A DNA stretch of 64,000 nucleotides from a virus. The stretch is taken from IMG/VR virus record IMGVR_UViG_3300031772_000001, positions 103,661 through 167,660 of that record. One strand, 5' to 3'. The notes below the pieces were generated by a model, which was not told where the DNA came from, did no database searches, and saw only the letters and a list, made by a program, of their open reading frames with translations. Below are positions 9,122-20,160 of this stretch, one piece after another (the stretch's first letter is position 1; every line of letters starts with the position of its first letter). The position numbers and the translations under genes are program-made.

Positions 9122-12100
9122 CTATCTTGACTTCAAAAGATGTCGGCCACAAGGAACCATCATTGATGCAAATGCATCCGAAGAAAAAGAACTGTTTGCA
9201 GGATTCTCTGACCCGAATGAGAACGAAATAGCTAAACACCCTGACGAAGTTCTTGCCACAGAAAACACAGACACAAATACCTTATCACCAAAATTAATAG
9301 GAAAGAAAGTATCAAAATCTACTGCCTCAGAACGAATATAGTCACTAACAGCATGAATATTTGCATAAACATCAGAAACATCTTTAATCTTTACAATAAA
9401 CTCAGGGTAAATGGCAAGGTTTGTACATAACCCTTTAATAAAATTCCCTGAATAGAAAAATTGCTGTAAAGCATCTCTAACTTTGTAAGAACTACATGAT
9501 ATAGCTCGGACAAACTGAAATGCACTTCCCAAAGAATACTGATTCACAATGTCATTACTCACAGAAAAAGCCCGACCATCAAAAGGTACAACTGCACGAG
9601 CCATAAAAGAATGCATCAAATAATCAACAAGTCCCCCTACAAGACCTCCTACACCATTAAGCTGATCAAGAACATTCACTGCCCCTCGTGCGGGAATTAC
9701 CTGCATATTCTTATACCCAGATCCAAAAGTTGAAACCAGCACAGGACTCTCAGGAACATGGACAACCTTATAATCCTCTTCTGTACTTGATGACCCACCA
9801 GCAAATAATATACGTCCTGCGTGAACCCTTGGAGCATACTCAGCAAACAAAATGAAAGAATCATCTGGCAAACTTCCAATAGAATCATCATACCTTATAG
9901 CATGATCCATCGCACCACGTCCAGAATATGTCCCATTTTGTGAAGTTCCTACTCCACTTCGATCAATCATACCAAGAACAACCTTTGAAAAAGTAATATT
10001 TCTTGCAGGATTACTAGAGAGAATCTTAAACGACTTTGCCGCAAAAGTCCTGTAAACTTTACTATCCTTAAAGACATTAAAAAATGTCAAAGTCTCAGGG
10101 TATACTGCATCTTGGTATGTTAAATAATTATTCTCTGCCTTCCAACGGGGAACAGAAGATATAGTCCAATACTTCCCATTATTAGAAACACCATAAAAAA
10201 TCTTCTTATATCTTATAGTATTTGCAGGAACTAAATCAGAAAAACCATCTCTCATAACATCAGGAGCATCAGTAGCCTGCAACCATATCTTATACAAACT
10301 AACCCCACCCTTTGTTTCCTTAATAACACAAACATCGTCAATATAGTCAGGATTAATTGGGGCCGATGAATTACTTAACTGTGTATTTATTGGAGAATCC
10401 CATGTTATTCCATCTGACGACTCTGAATACCACAAAGAGTTATAAGTAATGTCCACATACCATATCTTAAACTTAGAAACAGTTGTATCATAAATAACAC
10501 TAACCCTTGAAGGATAGTAAAGATTACAAGGACTAGGACTTGTCCAAACAACACCATCCGTAGAAGAATATCGAACTAAAGTAATAGTAGACCTGTCCAC
10601 AACAAAAGCCTTATAAGAAGAAGGAGAGTCTTTTACAATTGAAATGCTTACAACACTTACCCCATTTGCTATTCCACTACAAACAACAGGTGAAACAGAA
10701 AAATTATTAATGTCAGTAGACTTATAAAGATAAAAACTACCAACTATACTAACCCAAAACTTGTAATAATCATCAGAATCCTTCATACAACAACCAAAAG
10801 GAATACTTTGGGAGTTAATATGAAGAAAGTCTATCCCATTATAAATCTTATCTGATATAAACGCAAAAGTATTCACTTTGCGTATCTGCTCATCAAATCC
10901 AAGAGGCTCATAAATATTATACCCAAATGGCTCCATCAATGGAGTACCATCTGAGGTCAAATAAATGTTCTTTGCGCCCTTCCATACAGGAGTCCTATCA
11001 AGAAAAGAAGATCCACGAGAAAACTTGATAAAAGCCTCTCCGGTCATTGCGTCAGTTGTGTGTCCATCATTCCAACCCTGACTTGCATAACCACCACCAA
11101 ATTGTTGAATAGTTCCAGTAAGAACATTACCAACTAACTGATCCCAAGAAATAGCTACAGGAGCACCGTTATTTGCCCATGTAAACATAGGAGTCTGACC
11201 TGTAAACTGTACCCTATTAATATCTCCACTAACCCATGCTGCCAAATTTCTTACATCAATCTCAATAATATGTGAGGTAGAAGTATACTTAAAAAACCCG
11301 TAAGGGAAAATATCATCATTACTTCCATTAGGAATATAACAAACACACGACTGAATTTCTTCAGCATCCGACCAGACCATTCTCATACCATCTGGAGATG
11401 CAGAAATTCCATTATTTGTATTTATTTTCCTACGAATTTGATTCGTACCGGAAAAAGAAGCAGCCCTTATTCCCAAACCTTCAACCTGTTTATTTCCATA
11501 AATATCTAATTGTGTAGAAGAAGATCCTGTTGGATTTACATACTGTTCATGCCAATAAGTTCCAAGAGAACCAGACATTAATTTATACATTGTTCTCTCA
11601 TAAACTTCACCCAAATCAAAATTACCAAGAGTAACTGTGTGCCGCATATCCATAACATCACGATCAACAATACCACTCGCAGTAAGTAAATCCGGCCTCC
11701 CTGACCCACCATTAATATTATCCAAACTAAACGCACCAGAATTTCTACGTTGTACTAAGCAAATAGGAACACACCAAGCTAACCCACCAACTCCTAAATT
11801 AGCATCACCGGAAGCTGTAAACAAACCATAATCTCCAAAAGTTGATAAAAAGTGACTTGTGGAATTTGAACCTTTTTGCCCAAACGCCCAAAGACCAGAA
11901 CTCGTAAGAACATTATGAGCAGACAAAGGATTAACAGAAGTTACTACAAAATCAAGACTGAAAACTCTTATCCTATATCGAATCTGAATAAGATGTCCTG
12001 TTGTTTTATCAAGATAAACAGTACCAACTACAGAAGGATGTGTTGAATCATAAGTTCCATTCACTGTACCTATCACATAAGGATAATCAGATGCAGCAAT

Positions 12101-12817
12101 TAAAGTAGGAGAAGAATCATCAGATAACACACCCCCGCCATACTGAGTATTCCCATAGTAGAAAAACTTCGGAACAACCAAGTCAATTCGCTCTCTCCAA
12201 ACTTCAAGAAATACCATATCCTGCCTAGTAGTCGTTGGAAGATTAGGAGGTGTTGGTAAAGACACGCCAATTCTATATGCAGAATCTTGAGTTTGTGATA
12301 GAACAAGCTGATAACCATTTACAAGAGCAACAATATCTGTACCATTACTGTCAGTTTGAATAAATACCTTATTTGTCTCTGAAGAAACACACATCAAATC
12401 ACCAACAACCACATTAACATCAGAAATTAACGAAGCATTCTTAACATCACCAGTATTACCAGAAAGAAACCCAGACGCGGCAAGGCTTCTTCGGTAAAAA
12501 GCCTCACGCTCCACAGAAGACAAAGCACCTGAGCTAAAGTCAACCCCGCTCAAATAATCAATAACATCATCAACTTTCTTAGCGATCAAAGAATCTCTTC
12601 CACCAAGACTCTGAAATACCGGCTTCTCAGCAGGAGCATACACCGGCGTAGATGTATCCCAATAATTGATATTGTAAGGATCACCGGAAGCATAATTCTG
12701 TGAACTTCCCCAATTGAGATAAGAATTAGGATCAGGAGCAGGATTGAGATTAGACCACGGGTTAAGTGAAGCAGGCCCATGTCCTAAGTCATTTTTGATC
12801 GTTGTTGGAAGAGACAT
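9122..12817 (-). CDS. large tail fibre/spike protein with BNR/Asp-box beta-propeller
   Basis: N-terminal fibre motifs (QDMVFLEVWRE, IPICLVQRRN). Asp-box repeats YSSTDGVVW, SESSDGITW and VSNNGKYW. Confidence 0.7.
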   Translation of the reverse strand: MSLPTTIKNDLGHGPASLNPWSNLNPAPDPNSYLNWGSSQNYASGDPYNINYWDTSTPVYAPAEKPVFQSLGGRDSLIAKKVDDVIDYLSGVDFSSGALSSVEREAFYRRSLAASGFLSGNTGDVKNASLISDVNVVVGDLMCVSSETNKVFIQTDSNGTDIVALVNGYQLVLSQTQDSAYRIGVSLPTPPNLPTTTRQDMVFLEVWRERIDLVVPKFFYYGNTQYGGGVLSDDSSPTLIAASDYPYVIGTVNGTYDSTHPSVVGTVYLDKTTGHLIQIRYRIRVFSLDFVVTSVNPLSAHNVLTSSGLWAFGQKGSNSTSHFLSTFGDYGLFTASGDANLGVGGLAWCVPICLVQRRNSGAFSLDNINGGSGRPDLLTASGIVDRDVMDMRHTVTLGNFDLGEVYERTMYKLMSGSLGTYWHEQYVNPTGSSSTQLDIYGNKQVEGLGIRAASFSGTNQIRRKINTNNGISASPDGMRMVWSDAEEIQSCVCYIPNGSNDDIFPYGFFKYTSTSHIIEIDVRNLAAWVSGDINRVQFTGQTPMFTWANNGAPVAISWDQLVGNVLTGTIQQFGGGYASQGWNDGHTTDAMTGEAFIKFSRGSSFLDRTPVWKGAKNIYLTSDGTPLMEPFGYNIYEPLGFDEQIRKVNTFAFISDKIYNGIDFLHINSQSIPFGCCMKDSDDYYKFWVSIVGSFYLYKSTDINNFSVSPVVCSGIANGVSVVSISIVKDSPSSYKAFVVDRSTITLVRYSSTDGVVWTSPSPCNLYYPSRVSVIYDTTVSKFKIWYVDITYNSLWYSESSDGITWDSPINTQLSNSSAPINPDYIDDVCVIKETKGGVSLYKIWLQATDAPDVMRDGFSDLVPANTIRYKKIFYGVSNNGKYWTISSVPRWKAENNYLTYQDAVYPETLTFFNVFKDSKVYRTFAAKSFKILSSNPARNITFSKVVLGMIDRSGVGTSQNGTYSGRGAMDHAIRYDDSIGSLPDDSFILFAEYAPRVHAGRILFAGGSSSTEEDYKVVHVPESPVLVSTFGSGYKNMQVIPARGAVNVLDQLNGVGGLVGGLVDYLMHSFMARAVVPFDGRAFSVSNDIVNQYSLGSAFQFVRAISCSSYKVRDALQQFFYSGNFIKGLCTNLAIYPEFIVKIKDVSDVYANIHAVSDYIRSEAVDFDTFFPINFGDKVFVSVFSVARTSSGCLAISFSFGSENPANSSFSSDAFASMMVPCGRHLLKSR

Positions 12818-12831
12818 TTTTCAAAACCCCT

Positions 12832-13437
12832 TTAGATAGTAGAACCAAATCGAATCTGATGCCAAATATCAAGTTTCATACCTGGAGAAATAGGAATAGG
12901 AGTAGATAGTTGCTTATATGCAATTATCCTATTTTCTTCATTTTCATAAAAAGAACTTGCCCAAGGAACAACAGGGAAAAGACCTTCTTCATAAATAGTA
13001 TGGGAACTAATAGGTTCCCAACCATTAACTTCATAAGTAATAAAAGAATCAGGAGAGGATGGAATTACAACAGTTGAAAAAGAAAGATAAACCCCCTCTG
13101 CTGTCTCATCAGGAATAGGAACAGATAAAGGAGACAAATCAGATACAAGACGAGTCCTTGTAAGATCCATAGGATTACCTAAAGGATCAGAAAATGGAGA
13201 ATGAAATCCCAACCCCATATTACTTATTTGTCGTGAAGCATAGGTGATAGGATCAGTTGCCATCAAAGCAACATGCCGCCTACCACAATACGGGATCACA
13301 TTCTTATCATGGTAGAGTAACGATGGAGTACCACGGAAATCTCTTCTTTCCCACTGATAAATCCAAAGCTGACCCTCTATCATGTCAAAAGTATCAATAT
13401 CCATTAAGAACTCCCTGCAAAAAGTACCATGAATCAA
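12832..13437 (-). CDS. baseplate / tail-fibre attachment protein
   Basis: KNVI...GR, IYEEGLF and IIAYK motifs typical of fibre-collar proteins. Follows the wedge gene. Real start may be the internal Met (MDIDT). Confidence 0.55.
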   Translation of the reverse strand: MIHGTFCREFLMDIDTFDMIEGQLWIYQWERRDFRGTPSLLYHDKNVIPYCGRRHVALMATDPITYASRQISNMGLGFHSPFSDPLGNPMDLTRTRLVSDLSPLSVPIPDETAEGVYLSFSTVVIPSSPDSFITYEVNGWEPISSHTIYEEGLFPVVPWASSFYENEENRIIAYKQLSTPIPISPGMKLDIWHQIRFGSTI

Positions 13438-15425
13438 TATGGGTATCCCGTACTCTCATAAATTGGAACAGAGTGGTCATTGTGGTCATATATCCAAAGT
13501 TTATCGTTCTGGCAATCATTGTTATGAAGAACACTGTCACCAGCAATGTTAGGTAATCCATAAGACGATTGAAATTCAAACTTACTAAAAGAGTAGTAGT
13601 TCTGACCGAACGGAAAGTACCCATTTGAGTCTATGTTAAGCTGACCAGCAATACCATAAGAATCAGGAAATGAAAACCACCCGACACCAACATTATAATA
13701 TCCAGTAACTAACCCACTAACTCTCTTTAATCGCAACTGAATCTCTTGATAAGGGGTCCAATGAAACGAAAATGTCAAAATATTGGAAGGTGTTATCCAG
13801 TAAATCCATTGATTAAGTACAGGTGCCCCAAAAACACCAAGCATAACACCACCAAAAGGATCACCTAAAAAACTTATCAATCTCAACAACAAATTCTGAG
13901 TTGTAGAATTATGCACTCCTGACATCTTTATACTAAAATCAACCTGCGTATCCCCATCTATATTTGAAAAAACTCTCCACCAAACCCCATGATCTACCGG
14001 ATTAACTAACGTAGCACAATAATCTCCACTTAGGGGAGGACGAATATCTAAAGCATACTTACCCGTAAATTCAGAGTCCCAACCGGGATCAATTATTCCA
14101 CTACTAAAATCATCCCCCTTGTAAGTATCTAAGTAAACCCAAGATGGAGTTGACAAGGGATTATCGTGAAATTCACACCACCCACGATAAGGATAGCTGC
14201 TATCATACTTATGAGAAAATGGAGCATCTTCTATGTCATCCCACAAAGCACCAAAAGCATTCCCATGTGAAGCAATAGCAATCCCGTCATGCCTTGGAGG
14301 AGGAAAACACGTACTTCCATGCGTTAAACAATTTGCAGGGTTCCAATTAAACTTATCTAAAAACTTACTTGGATTTATACCATTAAGATCAGCCCAATAA
14401 TGTAAGTACGGAAAAATATCGTCAGATATTGGAAGAACATCACCACAAATAGAAGTATCTTGAGGACACTCACCAGTAAACGAAATAGCCATCACAAACT
14501 CATAAAGCAGGTGGGCAGGAATTACCTCGTCTATCCTTTTCAAAATATCATTAAAAGCCTTTGGTACTAACCCAATAAAATAGGAAAGTTCTGGTACTAT
14601 TCGTATTATTGAATCTGGGTAATAAACCCACTGGTCAACTGGCTTATCTTCCCAATGACCGGGACTACTTTCATATTTATTCTCAGAAGGAACATCCCCA
14701 TAATGCATAACTCGTGTATCAAGTCTGTTATTCCTGTTTGACCACACATAGAAAATATTTACAGTCTTACCAATAGCCTCAAAAAGAACCTCATACCCGC
14801 GAGGTACGCCTTTTAACTTATACCATTGAGTTGCCCACTTAACTTCATTTCTTCTTGTCTTTTCAGAGGAAAGAGCATTGTATGAAGACCAATACATAGG
14901 ACTAACATCAGGAATCTTCCCAACATTACTAGTCTCGTTTATGCTTATATATGTATCACCACCATAAGTAACTACATCATTAACAGAATAAGAATTACTG
15001 ACAGACCAGGGGGTTCCTACAGCACTTGAAGGAGTAAGTATTAAATCTTGAAAAATAAACTCATACCCGATATTCCTTGCCAAATAGGTAAGCAACGATA
15101 TTGGAACATCATCAGGATCAACCAAGGTAGCCAGCTTCTTAATCTCGTCTCGAAGACTCTGCATTGCGTCTATGGTATTCCCGTGTACATCAACAAACGA
15201 AGACGCACCCTCCAAGAAAACCTTCTGCACTAAGTAAAGCACATACCGAAGTATCCCACGCCCGTTTGGATCTTCGGTAGGTAACTGTGCAGAAGCATAC
15301 GACGGCTCTGAAGGAAGAATAGCCCTATTCTCCACATCCCCGTCTACATGCTTATCAGTAGAATCAGGAGGATCTGCCCAATCCCCCTGACCCTGCCTCC
15401 AGAAATTTCGTCGCGTCCAATCCAT
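13434..15425 (-). CDS. baseplate wedge protein (P2 gpI / T4 gp7-like) with CBM5/12-like insert
   Basis: LVDPDDVP..LLTYLARNIGY, WYKLKGVPRGYEVLF and VIPAH motifs. WSVSNSYSVNDVVTYGGDTY module. Confidence 0.75.
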   Translation of the reverse strand: MDWTRRNFWRQGQGDWADPPDSTDKHVDGDVENRAILPSEPSYASAQLPTEDPNGRGILRYVLYLVQKVFLEGASSFVDVHGNTIDAMQSLRDEIKKLATLVDPDDVPISLLTYLARNIGYEFIFQDLILTPSSAVGTPWSVSNSYSVNDVVTYGGDTYISINETSNVGKIPDVSPMYWSSYNALSSEKTRRNEVKWATQWYKLKGVPRGYEVLFEAIGKTVNIFYVWSNRNNRLDTRVMHYGDVPSENKYESSPGHWEDKPVDQWVYYPDSIIRIVPELSYFIGLVPKAFNDILKRIDEVIPAHLLYEFVMAISFTGECPQDTSICGDVLPISDDIFPYLHYWADLNGINPSKFLDKFNWNPANCLTHGSTCFPPPRHDGIAIASHGNAFGALWDDIEDAPFSHKYDSSYPYRGWCEFHDNPLSTPSWVYLDTYKGDDFSSGIIDPGWDSEFTGKYALDIRPPLSGDYCATLVNPVDHGVWWRVFSNIDGDTQVDFSIKMSGVHNSTTQNLLLRLISFLGDPFGGVMLGVFGAPVLNQWIYWITPSNILTFSFHWTPYQEIQLRLKRVSGLVTGYYNVGVGWFSFPDSYGIAGQLNIDSNGYFPFGQNYYSFSKFEFQSSYGLPNIAGDSVLHNNDCQNDKLWIYDHNDHSVPIYESTGYPY

Positions 15426-15434
15426 TAAACTGCC

Positions 15435-17453
15435 TTATGGTGACGATGGAACATACAACGTAATATACACGTCATTAAGAGTAAATAAATAATTTACTCC
15501 GTAAATATCCTTCGTATCATCAATAATCTCATTCCCCCATGTTACACTATATAATTTTAAATTAAAAGAAATAACTCCGGGTGTGTTTCCTATTACAGTA
15601 TATAGTAAGTATTTCTTTAATGAATCCCCCGGAACAAAAGTTGAAAACAAATCATACAATGCTTTCTTAATAGAATTAGTTACTTCAACCTTATCATACT
15701 TTTCATCTATTATCAAACTATCAATAACAACATTAACAGTATCAGAAAAACCCTCCAACACCTTAGTTTGAACAACTGTCATCCCAACATCACCTTGACG
15801 AGAACCATTATCATAATTACCCTTATTAAGATAATCTTCCAATTCTAGTACAATAGCATTTTTACTTGGAGACATACTTGACGGTGGAAGATATTTTGTA
15901 GAAACAACGTCACTTCCAGAAGCAGCGTTACCGTTCACATCTATGTAAACAGGACACCAAATATAAACCAACATCACATTACACATATAAGACGGGTAAT
16001 ACACATTAACAGTTAAATCCGGGGCAACTATGTCAACAACAAATATTCCGGGGGATGTCTCCTTTACCGGAACTTGTAAAGCAGTAGACGAGTCGTTCTG
16101 AGGTCTTACTATAGCAGCTTTCCCTACAGCACCATAAGTAGGAGAAACATACTTCAGAGCCAACACAAGAAAATCATTCTTTGTAATAGCCCTCTCAGTT
16201 GTCTTAAACCATCCGGGGGCAAGATACCTGATATGGTCCAAACTCTCACGATCAACCCCTCCAAACCCTCCAGATGTACTCTTGTTATCTACTGTGAACT
16301 GATTATCAATAAGGTCAATAAACCCTGAAACATTCGCTGATATAGCTCCCTTAATAACAGAATTACCAATCACACCACCACCTACACGATAGAACAAAAC
16401 AACATCCAAACCAGCCGGAGGCAATGCCCCATGAGTAACACCATCACCAAAGATGATTTTGATGTTCCCTTGGTCTGTAAACTGTACTGTGTAAACCTGC
16501 TCAGTTGGTGATGCCAAGACAAGAGTATTTTTTGACTTTTGTTCCCACCGTGTTCCATTGACAAAAACTACCCACGAATCCTCTATGACATTTCCAGTAG
16601 AAGAAACAAAAGAAGGAAACAACACTCCCGGCTGAGGAATAAACACATCAGCCTTCGATGTCCCCTCAAGTAAAGCTAACCCATAAACACTCTCACCGGG
16701 AACAACAACCCACCAACCCGGATCAAGTGCATCCCCCGGAATATGCCCAACATTTCCATCTTGCTGACTTGCATAAGTCAAATCATTATAGACACATTTC
16801 TTACCAGAATCAAAAGAATAAGCAACACCCCAAAACAAAGGATATTCCCCAACAAAAACAGTGTTTGGAAATTGAGAATCTTCATCTATCTTGTAAGAAC
16901 TACCATCATACCTAACAGTAACCTTCTTGTAATCAGATAAACCAACAGAAGGGAAATCAAGAAGGTTCTCGCCCCCGTCATTCTTAAAGTAAGCCAACTC
17001 AAAATTCAAATTATCTACGGAGATACTTGATGGAGGAACAAGAGACTTCGTAGATGTATCAAAGTATGCCCCACGAAGTATCAAAGTTTTTGGAACTGGA
17101 AGTGTAGGAATAGTCGGAGCACCACGAACAGGAACCCTTGCGGCAACAGGAGCAGTTGGAGTATACCCAAGAAGGTTAGTTATATGAAGCATCCCACGGT
17201 ATCTCTCAACAGTATCAATAAAGCTATTATTAGCAACTTTATCCATGTTGAAAGACATAACATCTGACAGGTAGCTTATCAAGTCTATAAAAGCAACACC
17301 AATATTAGACTCAAATAAGTCATTCCAATACGGTGAGTCATGCGCCTGCACCCAAGCACTCAATGACTCCTTCATCAAAGCAAAATCTCGTGAAGAGTAT
17401 CTTACTTCTGGTAACGGCTGAAATGTCTTTTGAACTAACGAAGAAATAGCCAT
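15435..17453 (-). CDS. baseplate wedge subunit (T4 gp6 / J-like)
   Basis: YSSRDF..WNDLFESNIGVAFIDL, IIFGDG, YRVGGG, GGVDRESLDHIR and RAITKNDF motifs. Confidence 0.9.
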   Translation of the reverse strand: MAISSLVQKTFQPLPEVRYSSRDFALMKESLSAWVQAHDSPYWNDLFESNIGVAFIDLISYLSDVMSFNMDKVANNSFIDTVERYRGMLHITNLLGYTPTAPVAARVPVRGAPTIPTLPVPKTLILRGAYFDTSTKSLVPPSSISVDNLNFELAYFKNDGGENLLDFPSVGLSDYKKVTVRYDGSSYKIDEDSQFPNTVFVGEYPLFWGVAYSFDSGKKCVYNDLTYASQQDGNVGHIPGDALDPGWWVVVPGESVYGLALLEGTSKADVFIPQPGVLFPSFVSSTGNVIEDSWVVFVNGTRWEQKSKNTLVLASPTEQVYTVQFTDQGNIKIIFGDGVTHGALPPAGLDVVLFYRVGGGVIGNSVIKGAISANVSGFIDLIDNQFTVDNKSTSGGFGGVDRESLDHIRYLAPGWFKTTERAITKNDFLVLALKYVSPTYGAVGKAAIVRPQNDSSTALQVPVKETSPGIFVVDIVAPDLTVNVYYPSYMCNVMLVYIWCPVYIDVNGNAASGSDVVSTKYLPPSSMSPSKNAIVLELEDYLNKGNYDNGSRQGDVGMTVVQTKVLEGFSDTVNVVIDSLIIDEKYDKVEVTNSIKKALYDLFSTFVPGDSLKKYLLYTVIGNTPGVISFNLKLYSVTWGNEIIDDTKDIYGVNYLFTLNDVYITLYVPSSP

Positions 17454-17456
17454 AGT

Positions 17457-17993
17457 TTATCCTACATTGTCAACTATTCGTAAAGAACCCAACACACCTT
17501 TTTGTGCCTGCAAATACATATCAACTGCCTGACCTGACTCTCGTATCTGATAGTTATGATGGATCAGGATATTTGCTTCGTTAGAGTAAACACTGATTCC
17601 CAGAAGGTTAATTCGAGGCTCCCACTGATTGATTGCATTTGTCATATACACCACAACTTCGGCTCTCAATACCGAGTCATTCGGCTCGAACAAAACATCC
17701 AAAAAATGAGAACCAAACAACGGATTCATCAGACGAGAACCAACCCTCGTCGTATAGATCATCAAAATAGAAGCCTTAACAAGGTCATTAGTGTACTTAA
17801 CCCCAAAACGCCCATCTTTTCTTTTTGAAAGAGGGACCGCTGCTCCACGCCACTTAGAACCATAAGCAGTCAGGTTAGTCGGTGGGAGGGCGTACCCTGT
17901 AATAGTCGGAGAAATAGCAGGAGTAGCTTGCCAAACTTGCGGGTCTACAAGCTGACTCTGATACAACTCTGATTGAAAAGGTACGTTTGCCAT
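17457..17993 (-). CDS. baseplate wedge / sheath initiator (T4 gp25 / GPW)
   Basis: TRVGSRLMNPLFGS..LFEPND..INQWEPRI. Confidence 0.9.
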   Translation of the reverse strand: MANVPFQSELYQSQLVDPQVWQATPAISPTITGYALPPTNLTAYGSKWRGAAVPLSKRKDGRFGVKYTNDLVKASILMIYTTRVGSRLMNPLFGSHFLDVLFEPNDSVLRAEVVVYMTNAINQWEPRINLLGISVYSNEANILIHHNYQIRESGQAVDMYLQAQKGVLGSLRIVDNVG

Positions 17994-18008
17994 ACAACTA
18001 AGTTTATC

Positions 18009-18452
18009 TTACGCCATAAACGGATCTTCCCTTGCACCCTCTTGCTTTTTAACAGAAGTCAACATAGGAGGAGGTTTGTCATACACCCACGTCCACCCAT
18101 AAATATCTGTTGCAGGAAGTGGAGGAGTCAGAGCACCACTACCACCTGCAAGATGCTTATGCGCGTTAAATTCCATCAACAAGTTCTGGTATATTTTCAC
18201 TTTTGGATCTTGAGCACCAGCATCTACCTGTCTCTTGTCATCCTCTGACTGTCCAGTACGACCGTGCATGAAGAATTTTGAGAAGTCTGAATCCACATTC
18301 ACATCCGGCGCGGCGTACACATCATGCTTCATCATTGCTGCTACAGTATCCATCTTAGCTTGAATATCAATCGAAATAGTAACAATAGCACTTGTTACTG
18401 CTAAAGACATCGCATCAATAGCGTTCACTACATCATCAAGAGTTGCTGGCAT
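18009..18452 (-). CDS. spike-associated protein with HxH motif
   Basis: FNAHKH..G...PP resembles the metal-binding apex of gpV/gp138-type spikes. Next to the PAAR gene. Confidence 0.5.
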   Translation of the reverse strand: MPATLDDVVNAIDAMSLAVTSAIVTISIDIQAKMDTVAAMMKHDVYAAPDVNVDSDFSKFFMHGRTGQSEDDKRQVDAGAQDPKVKIYQNLLMEFNAHKHLAGGSGALTPPLPATDIYGWTWVYDKPPPMLTSVKKQEGAREDPFMA

Positions 18453-18458
18453 AATCCC

Positions 18459-18776
18459 TCACCCTGAGAATGTTATCATAGAACCCTGTGTAATAACACC
18501 AGAACCACCAGAACCAACAACAGAATCCATCACTCTTGCAAAACCCGAACCGTTATCACCCTTAGTTATCACTGACCCACCCACAACATGACCAGTACCA
18601 CAGATATTACAATTCAATTGAACCTGATCCCCCTGACGAACAACATAATTTCCATCCAGTTTCTTAGTCTTATCTCCTGAAATCAACTGACCACCCGGAG
18701 GTTGAAAATACGGGTATGCATTGTGACTGCAATTGTATTGCACAAGATCATTATTTCGTGCCGCTGCTTGACCCAT
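18459..18776 (-). CDS. PAAR-repeat spike tip protein (gp5.4-like)
   Basis: Three PAAR-like motifs (AARNND, VVRQGD, FARVMD), Cys/His ligands and ITQGS. Confidence 0.85.
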   Translation of the reverse strand: MGQAAARNNDLVQYNCSHNAYPYFQPPGGQLISGDKTKKLDGNYVVRQGDQVQLNCNICGTGHVVGGSVITKGDNGSGFARVMDSVVGSGGSGVITQGSMITFSG

Positions 18777-18779
18777 TAC

Positions 18780-19496
18780 TCACCTATTCGACAAAGAAGA
18801 CAAATTCTTTCGCATATCCGTACAACTATTCATCGTTGCCTGTTGAGAACTGGTCATTACTTGTACGTTTCCAGCAGGATCAAAATTCAGTAAACTTTTC
18901 AAAGAATTGTACAGAACTACATTCGGGTCACTCTGTCCGTCAGGATACTTACCTAACAAACATGACAAAGAATCATCCGTAGCTTTTATCAAAACTTGCA
19001 CTCCAGACACACGAATAATCGCGTCAAACGCCTCCTTCATCCTCGCTATAGACCCCAACGGTGACTTCGCCAGAGCCACAGAAACCATCTGAGAAGCCAA
19101 TGCCTGTGCGTCCTTGGCCTTCGAGTTGGCAAGGTTCACATAAGACGTTACCTGTGCTAAAACCGCTGCTGGAGGATTATATGGATCAAACGGACCATTG
19201 TTAAGAACATACGTCTGAACCCAATCAATAATAGCCTGAGCACTCGGCAAAAGACAGACTGCTATTGGACAATTCAAAATCAAATCAAGGTACTCTGTCG
19301 GAGTTAGCAGATGTACCGGAGGAATTGCAAAGTTACTAAGCAACGCATCCAAATCATACCCCGAAGAGAGCTTTGCCAATTTAGCTGTGATCTTGTTCAT
19401 TTTATCTACAACAACCTGAAGTTTCTTGTTTACATTTGCTAAATTAGCAATACCATTATCAAACAAATCTTGACAAGTCGAAGTAGGTAATGCCAT
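18780..19496 (-). CDS. hypothetical helical baseplate-region protein
   Basis: 238-aa ORF between the spike and PAAR genes. Confidence 0.6.
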   Translation of the reverse strand: MALPTSTCQDLFDNGIANLANVNKKLQVVVDKMNKITAKLAKLSSGYDLDALLSNFAIPPVHLLTPTEYLDLILNCPIAVCLLPSAQAIIDWVQTYVLNNGPFDPYNPPAAVLAQVTSYVNLANSKAKDAQALASQMVSVALAKSPLGSIARMKEAFDAIIRVSGVQVLIKATDDSLSCLLGKYPDGQSDPNVVLYNSLKSLLNFDPAGNVQVMTSSQQATMNSCTDMRKNLSSLSNR

Positions 19497-19506
19497 AGCT
19501 TACTGC

Positions 19507-20160
19507 TCAGTACATGTCGTTAGTAATCTGCATTGCCTTATGCGCCAATGTACCGGGAGTCTCTTCTGTCATACCACCATCTGCCTTCAATTTCCAGTTA
19601 CCACCAACACTAAAAGTACAGTCACCAGAAACATCAATAGTAAGATCACCTTTTACCTTAATATCCATGTCATCTTTCGTTGAGTCAATAAGAATAGAAT
19701 TCCCGTTTTTGTCAGAAATTTCTACTGACTCTTTCCCACTCTTATCTACAAACTTGAGATAATGACCGCCCCTTGTTTTCAACATTCGAGTTTCAGGGTA
19801 TCCATCCTGAGCTTCTTTTGGAATTTCCGTCTGACCATTCGGAGCACCAAACCACGTACCCACCCAAACAGGGTACATATAATCACCATTTATGAACGTA
19901 ACCCAAACAGTATCTCCAACATTCGGAATAAAAACAAACCCGTAGTTATTTCCCCCACCATCCAATGCCATATACTCAGCCCACGGCAATTTGTCCTTGT
20001 CATCCTCATACTCAGAATCGTGAATAAAGGGGATATAGACCTTGAGCTTACCTACTTTATCAGGGTCATTATTGTCCTTGCACCACGCACGATAAATACC
20101 ACCCAGACGCTCCTGTGGGGTCATCCCGTCCTTTATCATCTGTGCAGCAGTAATACCCAT
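19507..20160 (-). CDS. baseplate central spike (gp5/VgrG OB-fold plus short beta-helix)
   Basis: DPDKVGKLKVYIP, LPWA, IPNVGDTVWVTFINGD..PVWVG and KTRGGH motifs, then V.G..T repeats. Confidence 0.9.
   Translation of the reverse strand: MGITAAQMIKDGMTPQERLGGIYRAWCKDNNDPDKVGKLKVYIPFIHDSEYEDDKDKLPWAEYMALDGGGNNYGFVFIPNVGDTVWVTFINGDYMYPVWVGTWFGAPNGQTEIPKEAQDGYPETRMLKTRGGHYLKFVDKSGKESVEISDKNGNSILIDSTKDDMDIKVKGDLTIDVSGDCTFSVGGNWKLKADGGMTEETPGTLAHKAMQITNDMY

Noticed and set aside
13434-19496. Six consecutive baseplate genes in the same frame, suggesting recoding or a polyprotein
   Set aside because: Stops are mixed TGA and TAA, each ORF is a complete-looking family member, and such a run is plausible by chance among about 60 genes.
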